Source: Mobula hypostoma
Taxonomy: Eukaryota
DNA: 64,000 nucleotides
Assembly: GCF_963921235.1 (NCBI RefSeq)
Contig: NC_086109.1
Location: 5,458,001 to 5,522,000 of the forward strand
Direction: 5' to 3'
The notes under the pieces are model-generated. The model ran no database searches, was not told the origin of the DNA, and saw only the letters and a program-made list of their open reading frames with translations. A program made the position numbers and the translations under genes. Shown here in pieces: positions 61,699 through 64,000 of this stretch (the first letter of the stretch is position 1; each line of letters opens with the position of its first letter).

Positions 61699-62200
61699 CG
61701 CCTCACTATAGGAAGGATGTGGAAGCATTGGAAAGGGTACAGAGAAGATTTACCAGGATGCTGCCTGGTTTAGAGAGTATGCATTATGATCAGAGATTAA
61801 GGGAGCTAGGGCTTTACTCTTTGGAGGGAAGGAGGATGAGAGGAGACATGATAGAGGTGTACAAGATAATAAGAGGAATAGATAGAGTGGATAGCCAGCG
61901 CCTCTTCCCCAGGGCACCACTGCTCAATACAAGAGGACATGGCTTTAAGGTAAGGGGTGGGAAGTTCAAGGGGGATATTAGAAGAAGGTTTTTTACTCAG
62001 AGAGTGGTTGGTGCATGGAATGCACTGCCTGAGTCAGTGGTGGAGGCAGATACACTAGTGAAATTTAAGAGACTACTAGACAGGTATATGGAGGAATTTA
62101 AGGTGGGGGGTTATATGGGAGGCAGGGTTTGAGGGTCGGCGCAACATTGTGGGCCGAAGGGCCTGTAATGTGTTGTACTATGCTATGTTCTATGTTCTAT
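61699..62200 (+). mobile_element. Young CR1 3' fragment (third family), 50 bp after exon 3
   Basis: ORF 61719-62132 (ERVQRRFTRMLPG...TRGH...FFTQRVV), TTCTATG tail. Confidence 0.93.
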
Positions 62201-64000
62201 CCACGCCAGCACCACTAGACTCCAAAACAGCTACTTTCCCCCAAGCCTCAGGCTGATCAACACCTCAACCCGTCATCCCACCCCAACACCCTGACACGCA
62301 CACACCACGTGCACATCACCTCGTGCAGGAGATCCCAACCCGGGGTCTACGGACCCCTCAGTTAATGGTAGGGGTCCATGACATAAAAAAAAAGCTCGGA
62401 ACCCCTGACCTGGTGTCACTTTATTTACATACAGTCTGTATATCTAAGAGTTATTTGTACATTGTGTTTTATAGGATAGCTTTTTAATTTATATTTATTC
62501 TGTTTTTTATTGTGTTCTTTATGGTTATCATGTTTTTTGTGCTGCATCAGATCCAGAGTAACAATCATTTTGTTTTCCTTTACACTCGTGTACTGATGAA
62601 GTACAATAAACCACCTCAAGCCTTGAATTGTGATCCTGAAAAATGTTGAGTCAGCTTGGGCTTATTACAGATGCAATACGACACCCCGTATAATAGTTCC
62701 ACCTTCAGCAATCAGATGTACTGAAGTGTGGCAGAAGTAGGTCAGGGCGTTCACCGGTACGGGGAGGGTATCAGCAAAACCTTCAGGGATGGGTCCATGG
62801 ATTGGAAATGCTCGGGGGGTCGTGCGCCAAAATGGGGCGAGCTTGGACGGCCGAATGGTCAGTATGGACCAGAGCCTGTTTCCATGCTGTATGACCACAA
62901 ACCTTTATTTAAAAAAAAAGAACAAGGTTAACATTTAAAATAAATTCAGGAAGAAGTTCAAAAGGAACCTTATTTGAATTAGGTTAGTAAGGCGACTGAG
63001 TCACATGAATTTCGATCTTCTTTACCGCGACTCTCCTTGGCTCCTCTTCAAAGTTCAAAATAAATTTATTATCAAAGTACATATATGTCACCATATACAA
63101 CCCTGAGATTCGTTGTCTTGCAGGCATACTCAATAAATCAAAAGAATATAATGACCATAACAGAATCAATAAAAGGCCACACCAACTTCAGCGTTCAACC
63201 AGTTGGCAAAAGACACCAAACTGTCAAATACAGAAAGAAATAAAGAATAATATTAAACAAATAAGCAATAAATATCAAACACGTGAGATGAAGAGTCCTT
63301 GGAAGTGAGTCCATAGGTTTTTGGAATGTGTCTGTGATAGGGCAAGTGAAGTTATCCCCTTTGGTTCAAGAGCCTGACTGTTGAGAGGTAATAACTGTTC
63401 CTGAACCTGGTGGTGCGAGTCCTGAGGTTCCTGTACCTTCTTCCTGATGGTGGTAGTGAGAAGACAGTATGTCCTAGATGGTGGGGGTCTCTGATGATGG
63501 ATGCTGCTTTCCTGCAACAATGTTTCATGTAGATGTACTCAATGCTAGGAGGGGCTTTGCCCGTGATAGACTGGGCTGTATCCACTGCTTTTTGTCGGAT
63601 CTTCCGTTCAAGGGCGTTGGTGTTTCCATACCAGGCTGTGATACACTCTCCAACGCACATCTGTAGAAGTTTGTCAAAGTTTTAGATGTTGCCGAATCTT
63701 TGCAAACCCCTAAGGAAGCGGAGGATCTGTTGAGTTTTCTTCATAATAGCACTTACAAGCTGGGCCCAGGGCAGGTCCTTCAAAGTAACAACACCGAGGA
63801 ATTTAAAGTTGCTGACCTTCTCCGCCTCTGATCCCCTGATGAGGACTGGCTGATAAACCTCTGGTTTCCTTCTCCTGAAGTCAATAGTAAACTGCTTGGG
63901 ATCAGTTTATTGGGGTTAGGGGAAGGTGGCCCAGGACACAGGGTGGGTGCAGACAGTGTGAAACGGGCTGAATGGCCCATTCCTCGGCTGGGGGTCATCA

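Overview
Eukaryotic, repeat-dense vertebrate DNA, most likely a cartilaginous fish (ray/shark), inferred from the CR1, V-SINE, Rex1, RTE and Penelope repeat landscape. One host gene can be reconstructed on the + strand. It has a CpG-island promoter (~21.9-23.1 kb) and three phase-compatible coding exons (22563-22662, 53848-53957, 61556-61649). These give an N-terminus I cannot identify (MRKSGPGETLSRLLRRRSSPSLY...DKLNEISV...PFLDRPKP...KIPRTMIIT), and the gene continues past the window. Nearly everything else is transposon or tandem repeat: young 5'-truncated CR1 LINEs (one with an intact 800-aa ORF2 part), a young Rex1/Babar LINE, RTE- and tRNA-derived SINEs, Penelope termini, Tc1 and hAT MITEs, a solo LTR and minisatellites. 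No CRISPR or prokaryotic system is present. The best novelty candidates are: (1) a conserved, apparently covarying RNA structure heading two divergent short RTE-like elements, a possible self-cleaving ribozyme; (2) a composite Tc1-type element whose ends are ~70-bp palindromic double TIRs; (3) fold-back Penelope termini with degenerate minimal hammerheads; (4) a uORF whose stop overlaps the gene's AUG. All were read by eye. Repeat boundaries are approximate and family names need database confirmation.
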